Below, one piece after another: positions 39,137-54,897 of a stretch of 64,000 nucleotides of DNA. The notes below the pieces were generated by a model that did no database searches, had not been told where the DNA came from, and worked only from the letters and a program-made list of their open reading frames with translations. This stretch comes from Octopus vulgaris. Lineage: Eukaryota. The stretch covers positions 86,552,001-86,616,000 of the forward strand of contig OX597820.1 of assembly GCA_951406725.2 (NCBI GenBank), written 5' to 3'. The number at the start of each line of letters is the position of its first letter. Position 1 is the first letter of the stretch. Made by a program: the position numbers and the translations under genes.

Positions 39137-39410
39137 TATATATATATTGGCTGATTGATTGGTTTAGTGTTGGTATTTATCACTATACCAGAAAAAAATA
39201 TAAGCAGGGAGGTAATACTAGAAAGTTAAAATTTGAGGAGAAGGGATTGGACACAGTGGTTAGGAGCATTCAGGCATTCAAGAAAAGATCAAAAGAAGAG
39301 ATAGGAGTATCGAATGCATGTATATGAGGCTGATATGCAACCTGCGTTTCAGAGGAGAAAGTGTCTTTAGAGTAAAGATAGAAGAGACAGAGCAAGTGTA
39401 CAGTGTATAA

Positions 39411-39824
39411 CTCTTTACTCTTTACTCTTTTACTTGTTTCAGTCATTTGACTGCGGCCATGCTGGAGCACCGCCTTTAATCGAGCAACTCGACCCCGGGA
39501 CTTATTCTTTTGTAAGCCCACTACTTATTCTATCGGGCTCTTTTGCATAACCGCTAAGTAACGGGGACATAAACACACCAGCATCGGTTGTCAAGCAATG
39601 CTAGGGGGACAAACACAGACACACAAACACACACACATACATATATATATATACATATATACGACGAGCTTCTTTCAGTTTCCATCTACCAAATCCACTC
39701 ACAAGGCTTTGGTCGGCCCGAGGCTATAGTAGAAGACACTTGCCCAAGGTGCCACACAGTGGGACTGAACCCGGAACCATGTGGTTGGTAAGCAAGCTAC
39801 TTACCACACAGCCACTCCTGCGCC
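39411..39824 (-). mobile_element. SINE family A, full-length young copy (duplicate at 47951-48364)
   Basis: Minus strand: ggcgcaggag tggctgtgtgg (A box)..gggttcagtccc (B box)..gtggcaccttgggcaagtg..internal (TA)/(TG)n..ccagcatggccgcagtcaaatgactgaaacaa(gtaaaaga)n. Confidence 0.93.
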
Positions 39825-40276
39825 TATAAGTAGACAAAAAGTTGGACAGAGCTAGGTATCATGTCTTTGGTCGCTTTCTTTTCGATGGTGTCTAAGATAT
39901 TTTCGTGTTTATCCACAGTACCGTACTAGATGAGTGTACATTTGATAAGTGCACAAAATTTCAATTTAAATAAATATATGAAAACCCTCGGTATCTTATA
40001 CTCAGCAGTGCCCTCCTCTGTCGCTGCAAAATATGTGTGTGTGTATGTTTGTCTGTGTGTGTGTATGTTTCATTCTCAGATTGGTGAGGTTTTATTTGAC
40101 ATGGTTCAAACTAACATATGTTGGTGTCGTAGGGTAGAATTAACTCTACCATACTTCACTAACCAACAGTTAAAGGTTGTATCTAGTAAGAAACAGAGAC
40201 AGTCTTTATACTACGAACTCCTAATTCAGACTAAGGCCTAACTGTCTTCTTCTCATTAATATATAGATTTTTATAA

Positions 40277-41255
40277 GGCGGCGAGCTGGCGATTGAAATG
40301 CTTAGCGGGATTTTGACGATCTGAAGGCGGTGAGCTGGCAGAAACGTTAGCACGCCGGGCGAAATGCTTAGCGGTATTTCGTCTGCGTTACGTTGTGAGT
40401 TCAAATTCCGCCGAGGTCGACTTTGCCTTTCATCCTTTCGGGGTCGATAAATTAAGTACCAGTTACGCACTGGGGTCGATGTAATCGACTTAATACCTAT
40501 GTCTGTCCTTGTTTGTCCCCTCTGTGTTTAGCCCCTTGTGGGTACTAAAGAAATAGGTATTTCGTCTGCCGTTACGTTCTGAGTTCAAATTCCGCCGAGG
40601 TCGACTTTGCCTTTCCTCCATTCGGGATCGATTAAATAAGTACCAGTTACGCACTGGGGCCGATATAATCGACTTAATCCGTTTGTCTGTCCTTGTTTGT
40701 CCTCTTTGTGTTTAGCCCTTGTGGGTAGTAAAGAAATAGAAAGAGGTATTTTACCGATCTGTACGTTCTGAGTTCAAATTACGACTTCTTTTGTAGCTGA
40801 TGACATAAGTACCAATTGAGCACTGAGGTTCATGTAATCCCTCCCTGGAAATTGCTGGCCTGGTAACCAAAGTTTAAGAAGACGGCGGCATGCTGGCTGA
40901 ATCGTTAACGCACCGAAAAATGTTTTACAGCATTTCTTCCGACGTTACGTTCTAAGTTCAAATGCCACTGGGATTGACTTAGCCTTTCATCCTTTCGGAG
41001 TCGATAAATGGGATTGATGTAATCGACTTACTCCTTCCTCCAAAATTACTGGCCTTGGGCCAAAATTTATCCCAATATATGGGATTTTATATCAAATGCC
41101 TGTCATATAGGTTTCAAATTTTGACACAAGGCGAGCAATTTGATGGGAGGGTGTAAGTCGAAAACATCGACCCCAGTTCTCAAGTGGTACTTATTTTATC
41201 GACCTCGGAAGAATGAAAGGCAAAGTCGACCTCGGCAGAATTTGAACGCAGAACG
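40277..41255. mobile_element. Cluster of nested/tandem SINE family B copies (duplicate at ~48817-49796)
   Basis: + strand: head fragment 40277-40324, full copy 40326-40555, 5'-truncated copies 40556-40739 and ~40745-40880, and ~40883-41075. A minus-strand copy at ~41112-41255. Confidence 0.88.
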
Positions 41256-42075
41256 GTAAAAAATGTAAAAAAAATTCACTGACAAATTGTTACCTTCCTC
41301 TTTGCTTCTTTGTTGTTAAATAAATAGATTCTCAACAAAACACTTTTTTGCTCGGCGGAAAATAAAAACAAAACTCTTTCGCGCCCAAAGTAATGTGTGT
41401 ATGAGAGGGGGAGAAACATGAACGATTTAAAATAAATAAATGATTTAGAATATATTTTAATTGTTGTGTGAGAAAGTATATATAATCTGATTATGAAATA
41501 TAGTGTCTTACAAAAACATCCTAAATTTGAAGATTATATCTCGTTTAAGAAAAGAAAAGAAAAAGAAAAAGACTATATCTCATTTAAGAAAAAAACAAAG
41601 CATTTTACATTTCTATTTTTGATGAACGCCGTCACTTTCTCTCTCTCTCACTTTGTCTTTAGCTTTTTTGTTAGACGCAGTCAAACTCTATCCAGCTCTC
41701 CCTTACACTTACTTTTTCTTTTTGTTGTTAGACGCTGTCAAACACACACGCGCATACATCAACACACACATACATCAACACAGAACTTCTCTCTCTCCCT
41801 CACACACATGTACACTTTCACATTACTATGGCAAGAATGGACTTAACTCATGTCAGCAAACTTCAAAATTGGTAAAAGTTATGTTTGAAAATAGATTTTT
41901 ACCGCTATCCGCGGGTGCCTCAGGAAAAAATAAGCTGACAAAACCCAGGTAGGGAGGTGACTAATGTCCTCCTAAAATTGGAGCGACATGCATGCTAATT
42001 TGGGGACGTGCATAAACTACATTCACGTACACACACACACACACACATCCTGCTTTTTATATATACAGATATATA

Positions 42076-42107
<32 letters not shown>

Positions 42108-42892
42108 ACACACGTCCTGCTTTTTTTATATATACAGATAAACATTTAGTTTTATCTCTCTTATGCAAATATTTTAAATTTTTAATGGGTGAAAAATACT
42201 CTCTTAACCTGTTTTATAAACCGTTAACGTATGCAAAGATTTTATTGTTTTAAAGCTTATTTTTAATATTATAGGAATTTGCATTTTTTTCTTGTGAGGA
42301 AGGGGCTTCTATTTGATTTGAAGTTAAAATTGTTGCCTATAGATTATCCATATGTCAACCTTTAGTCTGTAAAATACAAAAACACGGCATTATCAAAACC
42401 CGAACTGGACTTGAAAGGTTGTATTGATGGCAACTTAAATATCAGGTGGTCTTTACTGGAATTCAACATCAGTTGTGAAAAATAACTAGGAACTCTGCAA
42501 AGAGTAAATACATCGTATTTGATCAACAGACATATCAAACAGTAGATCAGAGTTCATGTCTGAGTGCTGTCAACATATATCAAACCTCAAAAGCGTTATT
42601 GAAAATATTAGCGCAAACTACACGATTAAACCATCCCAACGCAAGACACCAGGAGAGTGAAAGGTAAATTGCCACCACCAAGGCTGGTTGAGTATTGTCC
42701 AAAGACAAAAGTGAAAAATTCTGAGAAGTCAGCAATTGTAAACCGAGGCAAAATTCGATGTACGACATATTTACTCTACTAGAGCTATTTAATCATCTTT
42801 AAATATGCCCGTAAGATTTACTGTGACATGCAAATACCTCTACAAATACATTACTATATGATATGTATGTACTTGTAAAATAATACATATAT

Positions 42893-43203
42893 AGGCGCAT
42901 GAGTGACTGCATAATAAGAAGTTTGCTTCCCAGCTACACAGTCCCACTGCGTTACACCTGGGGCAAGTGTCTTCTTCTATAGCCTCGGGCTGATCAAAGT
43001 CTTGAGTGGATTTGGTAGACATAAACTGAAAGACGTTTGTTGTATAAATAGACAAATAGTTTACGTCCCCGTTCGGCAAAATAGACCGATGAAATACGTA
43101 CAAGGCTTACAAAGAATACATCCTGGAGTCGATTTGTTAGACTACAGGCGATACTCCAGCATGGCCGCAGTCAAATGACTGAAACAAGTAAAAATTAAAA
43201 GAT
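42893..43203 (+). mobile_element. SINE family A, internally deleted (duplicate at 51433-51743)
   Basis: ggcgcatgagtgactgc..cagtcccactgcg..gggcaagtgtcttcttctatagcctcggg..ccagcatggccgcagtcaaatgactgaaacaagtaaaa. Confidence 0.87.
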
Positions 43204-44488
43204 ACTATATATATATATATTATAAACTTGATGTATTGGTAAACCTGTTTATATGTTCCCAGTAATGCTACGAGCAAGTTAAAAGAGAACTCAATACCTT
43301 CTATTGAGTAAATACTTCATATATCAAGTTTTATCCTCAGTTTACAGCTTTCGATTGCAAACTATTTTGTGTCCTCTTTCTATGAGCATTTCAGTGTGTA
43401 TACACATATGTGAGTAAGTGTGTGTGTGAGTGTGTGTATGCATGTATGTGTGTGTGAGTGTGTATGCATACAAATATACACATATTCATGGCGTATATTG
43501 TTTAAACACACATATACACGTACATATATATACGTATATATGTATACACCCACATATGTAAATATATATATATATACACACATACACACACAAACACACA
43601 CACACAAACAGTCTTTGTTTCACTACCAACAAACAACACACTTTACACGTCAAATAGCTTCACATCAATTTTTTTTTTGTTTCTGTTTTTTATTCTCTTT
43701 TGTTTGTTTCTGTTTTTGTTGATTGTTTGTTTTTTTTTTTTTTGTTTTTTTTTTTTTGTTTGTTTGTTTGTTTGTTTGTTTACTTTTTTGCAGACTGAGG
43801 ATGAGACTAGGCAGGCGTGTGTGAGAGAGGGAGAATTATTTCACATTGAAAGAAATCGCTAGAATTTAGTTGAGTTTGTTAAGTGATGTTCTTCTAAAAC
43901 TGCACATTAGCAGTACTTTATTCTGCCAAGCATTTCTGTTTATTCTGAACACACAGAGATAAACACCAGTCGCCAGTTTACCGTTACATCAGCAAGCCAG
44001 CCAACTACAAAGAAGCAGCCTACACCGCCCCAGATGCCTAGTTTTGGGGAGAATTTTTTTTTTATATTTTGACATGGGATTTTGTTCGTTTGCTTGTTTT
44101 TCTCCACCATTTTGTGTGTGTGAATGTAAAGTGTGTGAATGCATTTCCCTTATATCTTTTTGTGATGATGATGTTGACGATGTATTTTTTTTTTATTATT
44201 TTGTTTTTTCTTTCTTTCTTTTTTTTTTCTTTTGCTCCTTTCTTTATTTCCGTTCCAACATACTAAAAGGTATTTTCAAAAAGCTTTAATCATCTGATGG
44301 CTGCTGCTGCTACTGCTGCTACTGCTGCTGCTGCTGCTGCTGTTATTGTTTGTGTTGTAGTTATTGTTGCTATAATCGTTGTTGCTACTCGAGCTTTTGT
44401 TTCATACTTGTGTTACTAATGTATTTTGTACCACTGTTGTGGCCATTGTTGCTATTATTGCCGTTGTTTGTTTCATACATACATTTCA

Positions 44489-44554
<66 letters not shown>

Positions 44555-44605
44555 TTAATACATATATATATATATATATATAAATATACACATATATATA
44601 TACAT

Positions 44606-44644
<39 letters not shown>

Positions 44645-45155
44645 CATATATACAAATATATATAGATATACATATATATGTACATACATATATACATACA
44701 TATATACATACCTACATACATACATACATGCATGTGTATGTCGATATATGTATATATACGCATATACATGCTTAGCATATACATACACACAGACTTATGT
44801 ATGTATGTATGTATGTATGTATGTATGTATGTATGTATTTGTACCTTGTTTATATTATTCATATTGTTTCCTCTTCATGTGTTGTGGTTTTATCTGTTTT
44901 GTTATTTGATTTCATTCCTTGATATTTGTTGTTGCAATTGCTGCTGCTGCTCTTGGTGATGGCGTGTTGGAGGTGGTGGTGGTGGTGGTGGTGTTTTGGT
45001 AAGGAGGTATTGCTTCGTATCTTTTTGCACACATATATATATACATACATATGTATATATATATATATATCCTTATGTATACATACATAGATATATACAC
45101 ACATATATTTCAATATATATATGTATATATATGCGTATATGTGTATTTATGTTTA

Positions 45156-45202
<47 letters not shown>

Positions 45203-45499
45203 GCACCTGTATTTTTCACATCGGCAAAGGAAAAGAAAAACAAATGATTTGTTTATATATTTCTCGTTTTAGATTGAATTCAGTGTTCCAATCTCGTATT
45301 ATTATTTATTTTTATTTATTTCTATTTATTTTAAATGTATATTTTATGCTTACCTTTTGTTTCTGTCTTCCTTTTCTATTTTTATAAAATTCCTTTTTTT
45401 TTATTAATATATTTTTTTTGTATTTTGGTTTCCTGTCGTAATGAAAAGGAAACAAAATATTTTATTTTCTGCAAAGCTATAATCATTTCGCTGATAATC

Positions 45500-45540
<41 letters not shown>

Positions 45541-46042
45541 GCATCACCAGCAACATCGTTACTGAGATTGTGCATTTGGTTGTTTTTGTTTTATATTTGA
45601 AGTGTGAGTTTTTGTGCATGTGTCTGTGTGTGTATATTTGTGTGTGTGCGTGTGTACATGCTTGCGTACGTGCATGTGTGTGTGTGTGTGTGTGTGGGTG
45701 AGGCCGGTGAATGTTTGTGTATATGTGTGCAAGGCCTAATAGCTGTCGATCTCGGTCCTTACCATCATTCCTGCTGTTGTTTTAGGCATTGTCTATCACA
45801 GGAGAAAAGTGATTCACTATTTTCTTCGTTCTACATACCTTATATATTTTACATCTGTCTGTGTGTTGAAGGAGAAAAAAGAGCGGGCTGTTCTTCGTTT
45901 TTCCGCTTTCTCTATAGTTTGCTATCTCACTACCTATAGGCTTATCAATGTATCAGTTTATCTACCTGCATCTACCTCTTTATTTGTCTCTTTCATCTGG
46001 TTGCCGAGATAGCTAGCTATCAACATGCCTATGTAAATATCT

Positions 46043-46142
<100 letters not shown>

Positions 46143-46338
46143 AATATATATTTATATATCGGTTAAATCTGTCTATTTTTCCCTCTGTTTATCAAATCCC
46201 CATCAACTATTAAATCTATTCCTCTCCCTCTCATTCTCTCAATTTCTCTCTCTCTCTCTCTCTCTCACTCGTTCACTTTCTCTCTCTCCTATCTGCATAA
46301 ACGTATATGTGGTGCACGCATTCTTGTATATATGAGTG

Positions 46339-46386
<48 letters not shown>

Positions 46387-46409
46387 TGTATGTATGTGTA
46401 CGTATATAT

Positions 46410-46509
46410 NNNNNNNNNNNNNNNNNNNNNNNNNNNNNNNNNNNNNNNNNNNNNNNNNNNNNNNNNNNNNNNNNNNNNNNNNNNNNNNNNNNNNNNNNNN
46501 NNNNNNNNN
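46410..46509. other. Assembly gap (100 N)
   Basis: Exactly 100 N, a standard placeholder for a gap of unknown size. Confidence 0.99.
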
Positions 46510-47083
46510 TAATCAATAGCACAAAGAAAAGTCTTGTAATGTTGTCACTGATATTTACTCAGTTTTTTTCTTCGTATCTGCTCAAGTTTGAAGCAAACAT
46601 AGAGTACCATTAGTATGGAGATCTAATCAATCACAAATAATTCAAAGTTCACATAAAACATAGACGGAGATTCTTTGTGAACTGATCTTTGCTACTTTTG
46701 TAACTACGGATATTATGTTAATGATATTAAACAATATGCTTATGTAAACACTTATTCTGAGATCGGAAACAAATAGGAAAAATTCGCTCGATAGGAGTTC
46801 ACACACACACACACACACCATGCACGCATACTCACACACAAGCGCACAAGAGTTTATACACACACACACTTACACATACATATGTGTGTGAGTGTGTGCG
46901 TATAAACTCATGTCGAGCGAAAAATGTGAAGAATGAATTCCACCTTTTACACACGCACACAAACACACATACACACATATATACGTATACAAATGCATAT
47001 ACATACATGCATATATATATGCATATACATACATGCATATATATATATATGTATATATATATATATGTATATATATATGTATA

Positions 47084-47139
<56 letters not shown>

Positions 47140-47173
47140 CATAAGAGAACAAGGTGTACGTTACGCCGCAATA

Positions 47174-47237
<64 letters not shown>

Positions 47238-47252
47238 TATACATATATATAC

Positions 47253-47332
<80 letters not shown>

Positions 47333-50300
47333 AAATCCGTTCTGTCTCCGTGTGTGTCTTCTAGGATCTCGGGCATCCTTTATCCGATTGCGCTCAAATT
47401 TGATACGTAGATACCGACGGTATCAGGGCGTGTATAAGTCTTGAAAAAATTACAAAAATCGATTCTAAGTGAGAATGCGTTCGATAAAGCCGTGGGAACG
47501 TTCATTTGTACGCGCAAGCATATCAGCTGTTGCGATCGATACTGCGCGTACGCGAGAAAAATGCACGTACAGTTTGCACAAAAAAGGTCGACCGGCTTGA
47601 AATAATGTCACGTGAAAATTTTGTTTAAATGTTTGACAACTCAGCACTGTCCATTGGACGGGAGGCGCTTTGCTCGTATATATATATTGGCTGATTGATT
47701 GGTTTAGTGTTGGTATTTATCACTATACCAGAAAAAAATATAAGCAGGGAGGTAATACTAGAAAGTTAAAATTTGAGGAGAAGGGATTGGACACAGTGGT
47801 TAGGAGCATTCAGGCATTCAAGAAAAGATCAAAAGAAGAGATAGGAGTATCGAATGCATGTATATGAGGCTGATATGCAACCTGCGTTTCAGAGGAGAAA
47901 GTGTCTTTAGAGTAAAGATAGAAGAGACAGAGCAAGTGTACAGTGTATAACTCTTTACTCTTTACTCTTTTACTTGTTTCAGTCATTTGACTGCGGCCAT
48001 GCTGGAGCACCGCCTTTAATCGAGCAACTCGACCCCGGGACTTATTCTTTTGTAAGCCCACTACTTATTCTATCGGGCTCTTTTGCATAACCGCTAAGTA
48101 ACGGGGACATAAACACACCAGCATCGGTTGTCAAGCAATGCTAGGGGGACAAACACAGACACACAAACACACACACATACATATATATATATACATATAT
48201 ACGACGAGCTTCTTTCAGTTTCCATCTACCAAATCCACTCACAAGGCTTTGGTCGGCCCGAGGCTATAGTAGAAGACACTTGCCCAAGGTGCCACACAGT
48301 GGGACTGAACCCGGAACCATGTGGTTGGTAAGCAAGCTACTTACCACACAGCCACTCCTGCGCCTATAAGTAGACAAAAAGTTGGACAGAGCTAGGTATC
48401 ATGTCTTTGGTCGCTTTCTTTTCGATGGTGTCTAAGATATTTTCGTGTTTATCCACAGTACCGTACTAGATGAGTGTACATTTGATAAGTGCACAAAATT
48501 TCAATTTAAATAAATATATGAAAACCCTCGGTATCTTATACTCAGCAGTGCCCTCCTCTGTCGCTGCAAAATATGTGTGTGTGTATGTTTGTCTGTGTGT
48601 GTGTATGTTTCATTCTCAGATTGGTGAGGTTTTATTTGACATGGTTCAAACTAACATATGTTGGTGTCGTAGGGTAGAATTAACTCTACCATACTTCACT
48701 AACCAACAGTTAAAGGTTGTATCTAGTAAGAAACAGAGACAGTCTTTATACTACGAACTCCTAATTCAGACTAAGGCCTAACTGTCTTCTTCTCATTAAT
48801 ATATAGATTTTTATAAGGCGGCGAGCTGGCGATTGAAATGCTTAGCGGGATTTTGACGATCTGAAGGCGGTGAGCTGGCAGAAACGTTAGCACGCCGGGC
48901 GAAATGCTTAGCGGTATTTCGTCTGCGTTACGTTGTGAGTTCAAATTCCGCCGAGGTCGACTTTGCCTTTCATCCTTTCGGGGTCGATAAATTAAGTACC
49001 AGTTACGCACTGGGGTCGATGTAATCGACTTAATACCTATGTCTGTCCTTGTTTGTCCCCTCTGTGTTTAGCCCCTTGTGGGTACTAAAGAAATAGGTAT
49101 TTCGTCTGCCGTTACGTTCTGAGTTCAAATTCCGCCGAGGTCGACTTTGCCTTTCCTCCATTCGGGATCGATTAAATAAGTACCAGTTACGCACTGGGGC
49201 CGATATAATCGACTTAATCCGTTTGTCTGTCCTTGTTTGTCCTCTTTGTGTTTAGCCCCTTGTGGGTAGTAAAGAAATAGAAAGAGGTATTTTACCGATC
49301 TGTACGTTCTGAGTTCAAATTACGACTTCTTTTGTAGCTGATGACATAAGTACCAATTGAGCACTGAGGTTCATGTAATCCCTCCCTGGAAATTGCTGGC
49401 CTGGTAACCAAAGTTTAAGAAGACGGCGGCATGCTGGCTGAATCGTTAACGCACCGAAAAATGTTTTACAGCATTTCTTCCGACGTTACGTTCTAAGTTC
49501 AAATGCCACTGGGATTGACTTAGCCTTTCATCCTTTCGGAGTCGATAAATGGGATTGATGTAATCGACTTACTCCTTCCTCCAAAATTACTGGCCTTGGG
49601 CCAAAATTTATCCCAATATATGGGATTTTATATCAAATGCCTGTCATATAGGTTTCAAATTTTGACACAAGGCGAGCAATTTGATGGGAGGGTGTAAGTC
49701 GAAAACATCGACCCCAGTTCTCAAGTGGTACTTATTTTATCGACCTCGGAAGAATGAAAGGCAAAGTCGACCTCGGCAGAATTTGAACGCAGAACGGTAA
49801 AAAATGTAAAAAAAAATTCACTGACAAATTGTTACCTTCCTCTTTGCTTCTTTGTTGTTAAATAAATAGATTCTCAACAAAACACTTTTTTGCTCGGCGG
49901 AAAATAAAAACAAAACTCTTTCGCGCCCAAAGTAATGTGTGTATGAGAGGGGGAGAAACATGAACGATTTAAAATAAATAAATGATTTAGAATATATTTT
50001 AATTGTTGTGTGAGAAAGTATATATAATCTGATTATGAAATATAGTGTCTTACAAAAACATCCTAAATTTGAAGATTATATCTCGTTTAAGAAAAGAAAA
50101 GAAAAAGAAAAAGACTATATCTCATTTAAGAAAAAAACAAAGCATTTTACATTTCTATTTTTGATGAACGCCGTCACTTTCTCTCTCTCTCACTTTGTCT
50201 TTAGCTTTTTTGTTAGACGCAGTCAAACTCTATCCAGCTCTCCCTTACACTTACTTTTTCTTTTTGTTGTTAGACGCTGTCAAACACACACGCGCATACA

Positions 50301-50617
50301 TCAACACACACATACATCAACACAGAACTTCTCTCTCTCCCTCACACACATGTACACTTTCACATTACTATGGCAAGAATGGACTTAACTCATGTCAGCA
50401 AACTTCAAAATTGGTAAAAGTTATGTTTGAAAATAGATTTTTACCGCTATCCGCGGGTGCCTCAGGAAAAAATAAGCTGACAAAACCCAGGTAGGGAGGT
50501 GACTAATGTCCTCCTAAAATTGGAGCGACATGCATGCTAATTTGGGGACGTGCATAAACTACATTCACGTACACACACACACACACACATCCTGCTTTTT
50601 ATATATACAGATATATA

Positions 50618-50649
<32 letters not shown>

Positions 50650-53030
50650 ACACACGTCCTGCTTTTTATATATACAGATAAACATTTAGTTTTATCTCTC
50701 TTATGCAAATATTTTAAATTTTTAATGGGTGAAAAATACTCTCTTAACCTGTTTTATAAACCGTTAACGTATGCAAAGATTTTATTGTTTTAAAGCTTAT
50801 TTTTAATATTATAGGAATTTGCATTTTTTTCTTGTGAGGAAGGGGCTTCTATTTGATTTGAAGTTAAAATTGTTGCCTATAGATTATCCATATGTCAACC
50901 TTTAGTCTGTAAAATACAAAAACACGGCATTATCAAAACCCGAACTGGACTTGAAAGGTTGTATTGATGGCAACTTAAATATCAGGTGGTCTTTACTGGA
51001 ATTCAACATCAGTTGTGAAAAATAACTAGGAACTCTGCAAAGAGTAAATACATCGTATTTGATCAACAGACATATCAAACAGTAGATCAGAGTTCATGTC
51101 TGAGTGCTGTCAACATATATCAAACCTCAAAAGCGTTATTGAAAATATTAGCGCAAACTACACGATTAAACCATCCCAACGCAAGACACCAGGAGAGTGA
51201 AAGGTAAATTGCCACCACCAAGGCTGGTTGAGTATTGTCCAAAGACAAAAGTGAAAAATTCTGAGAAGTCAGCAATTGTAAACCGAGGCAAAATTCGATG
51301 TACGACATATTTACTCTACTAGAGCTATTTAATCATCTTTAAATATGCCCGTAAGATTTACTGTGACATGCAAATACCTCTACAAATACATTACTATATG
51401 ATATGTATGTACTTGTAAAATAATACATATATAGGCGCATGAGTGACTGCATAATAAGAAGTTTGCTTCCCAGCTACACAGTCCCACTGCGTTACACCTG
51501 GGGCAAGTGTCTTCTTCTATAGCCTCGGGCTGATCAAAGTCTTGAGTGGATTTGGTAGACATAAACTGAAAGACGTTTGTTGTATAAATAGACAAATAGT
51601 TTACGTCCCCGTTCGGCAAAATAGACCGATGAAATACGTACAAGGCTTACAAAGAATACATCCTGGAGTCGATTTGTTAGACTACAGGCGATACTCCAGC
51701 ATGGCCGCAGTCAAATGACTGAAACAAGTAAAAATTAAAAGATACTATATATATATATATTATAAACTTGATGTATTGGTAAACCTGTTTATATGTTCCC
51801 AGTAATGCTACGAGCAAGTTAAAAGAGAACTCAATACCTTCTATTGAGTAAATACTTCATATATCAAGTTTTATCCTCAGTTTACAGCTTTCGATTGCAA
51901 ACTATTTTGTGTCCTCTTTCTATGAGCATTTCAGTGTGTATACACATATGTGAGTAAGTGTGTGTGTGAGTGTGTGTATGCATGTATGTGTGTGTGAGTG
52001 TGTATGCATACAAATATACACATATTCATGGCGTATATTGTTTAAACACACATATACACGTACATATATATACGTATATATGTATACACCCACATATGTA
52101 AATATATATATATATACACACATACACACACAAACACACACACACAAACAGTCTTTGTTTCACTACCAACAAACAACACACTTTACACGTCAAATAGCTT
52201 CACATCAATTTTTTTTTTGTTTCTGTTTTTTATTCTCTTTTGTTTGTTTCTGTTTTTGTTGATTGTTTGTATTATTTTTTGTTTTGTTTTTGTTTTTTTG
52301 TTTGTTTGTTTGTTTGTTTGTTTACTTTTTTGCAGACTGAGGATGAGACTAGGCAGGCGTGTGTGAGAGAGGGAGAATTATTTCACATTGAAAGAAATCG
52401 CTAGAATTTAGTTGAGTTTGTTAAGTGATGTTCTTCTAAAACTGCACATTAGCAGTACTTTATTCTGCCAAGCATTTCTGTTTATTCTGAACACACAGAG
52501 ATAAACACCAGTCGCCAGTTTACCGTTACATCAGCAAGCCAGCCAACTACAAAGAAGCAGCCTACACCGCCCCAGATGCCTAGTTTTTGGGGAGAATTTT
52601 TTTTTAATATTTTGACATGGGATTTTGTTCGTTTGCTTGTTTTTCTCCACCATTTTGTGTGTGTGAATGTAAAGTGTGTGAATGCATTTCCCTTATATCT
52701 TTTTGTGATGATGATGTTGACGATGTATTTTTTTTTATTATTTTGTTTTTTCTTTCTTTCTTTTTTTTTTCTTTTGCTCCTTTCTTTATTTCCGTTCCAA
52801 CATACTAAAAGGTATTTTCAAAAAGCTTTAATCATCTGATGGCTGCTGCTGCTACTGCTGCTACTGCTGCTGCTGCTGCTGCTGTTATTGTTTGTGTTGT
52901 AGTTATTGTTGCTATAATCGTTGTTGCTACTCGAGCTTTTGTTTCATACTTGTGTTACTAATGTATTTTGTACCACTGTTGTGGCCATTGTTGCTATTAT
53001 TGCCGTTGTTTGTTTCATACATACATTTCA

Positions 53031-53092
<62 letters not shown>

Positions 53093-53143
53093 TTAATACA
53101 TATATATATATATATATATAAATATACACATATATATATACAT

Positions 53144-53182
<39 letters not shown>

Positions 53183-53697
53183 CATATATACAAATATATA
53201 TAGATATACATATATATGTACATACATATATACATACATATATACATACCTACATACATACATACATGCATGTGTATGTCGATATATGTATATATACGCA
53301 TATACATGCTTAGCATATACATACACACAGACTTATGTATGTATGTATGTATGTATGTATGTATGTATGTATGTATTTGTACCTTGTTTATATTATTCAT
53401 ATTGTTTCCTCTTCATGTGTTGTGGTTTTATCTGTTTTGTTATTTGATTTCATTCCTTGATATTTGTTGTTGCAATTGTTGCTGCTGCTCTTGGTGATGG
53501 CGTGTTGGAGGTGGTGGTGGTGGTGGTGGTGTTTTGGTAAGGAGGTATTGCTTCGTATCTTTTTGCACACATATATATATACATACATATGTATATATAT
53601 ATATCCTTATGTATACATACATAGATATATACACACATATATTTCAATATATATATGTATATATATGCGTATATGTGTATTTATGTTTATATATGTG

Positions 53698-53738
<41 letters not shown>

Positions 53739-54035
53739 GCACCTGTATTTTTCACATCGGCAAAGGAAAAGAAAAACAAATGATTTGTTTATATATTTCT
53801 CGTTTTAGATTGAATTCAGTGTTCCAATCTCGTATTATTATTTATTTTTATTTATTTCTATTTATTTTAAATGTATATTTTATGCTTACCTTTTGTTTCT
53901 GTCTTCCTTTTCTATTTTTATAAAATTCCTTTTTTTTTATTAATATATTTTTTTTGTATTTTGGTTTCCTGTCGTAATGAAAAGGAAACAAAATATTTTA
54001 TTTTCTGCAAAGCTATAATCATTTCGCTGATAATC

Positions 54036-54073
<38 letters not shown>

Positions 54074-54575
54074 GCATCACCAGCAACATCGTTACTGAGA
54101 TTGTGCATTTGGTTGTTTTTGTTTTATATTTGAAGTGTGAGTTTTTGTGCATGTGTCTGTGTGTGTATATTTGTGTGTGTGCGTGTGTACATGCTTGCGT
54201 ACGTGCATGTGTGTGTGTGTGTGTGTGTGGGTGAGGCCGGTGAATGTTTGTGTATATGTGTGCAAGGCCTAATAGCTGTCGATCTCGGTCCTTACCATCA
54301 TTCCTGCTGTTGTTTTAGGCATTGTCTATCACAGGAGAAAAGTGATTCACTATTTTCTTCGTTCTACATACCTTATATATTTTACATCTGTCTGTGTGTT
54401 GAAGGAGAAAAAAGAGCGGGCTGTTCTTCGTTTTTCCGCTTTCTCTATAGTTTGCTATCTCACTACCTATAGGCTTATCAATGTATCAGTTTATCTACCT
54501 GCATCTACCTCTTTATTTGTCTCTTTCATCTGGTTGCCGAGATAGCTAGCTATCAACATGCCTATGTAAATATCT

Positions 54576-54657
<82 letters not shown>

Positions 54658-54853
54658 AATATATATTTATATATCGGTTAAATCTGTCTATTTTTCCCTC
54701 TGTTTATCAAATCCCCATCAACTATTAAATCTATTCCTCTCCCTCTCATTCTCTCAATTTCTCTCTCTCTCTCTCTCTCTCACTCGTTCACTTTCTCTCT
54801 CTCCTATCTGCATAAACGTATATGTGGTGCACGCATTCTTGTATATATGAGTG

Positions 54854-54897
<44 letters not shown>

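Noticed and set aside
45763-45792. Possible 30-nt minus-strand microexon (tgatag|ACAATGCCTAAAACAACAGCAGGAATGATG|gtaagg)
   Set aside because: Splice-like signals of this strength arise by chance in 64 kb; unsupported without transcript data.
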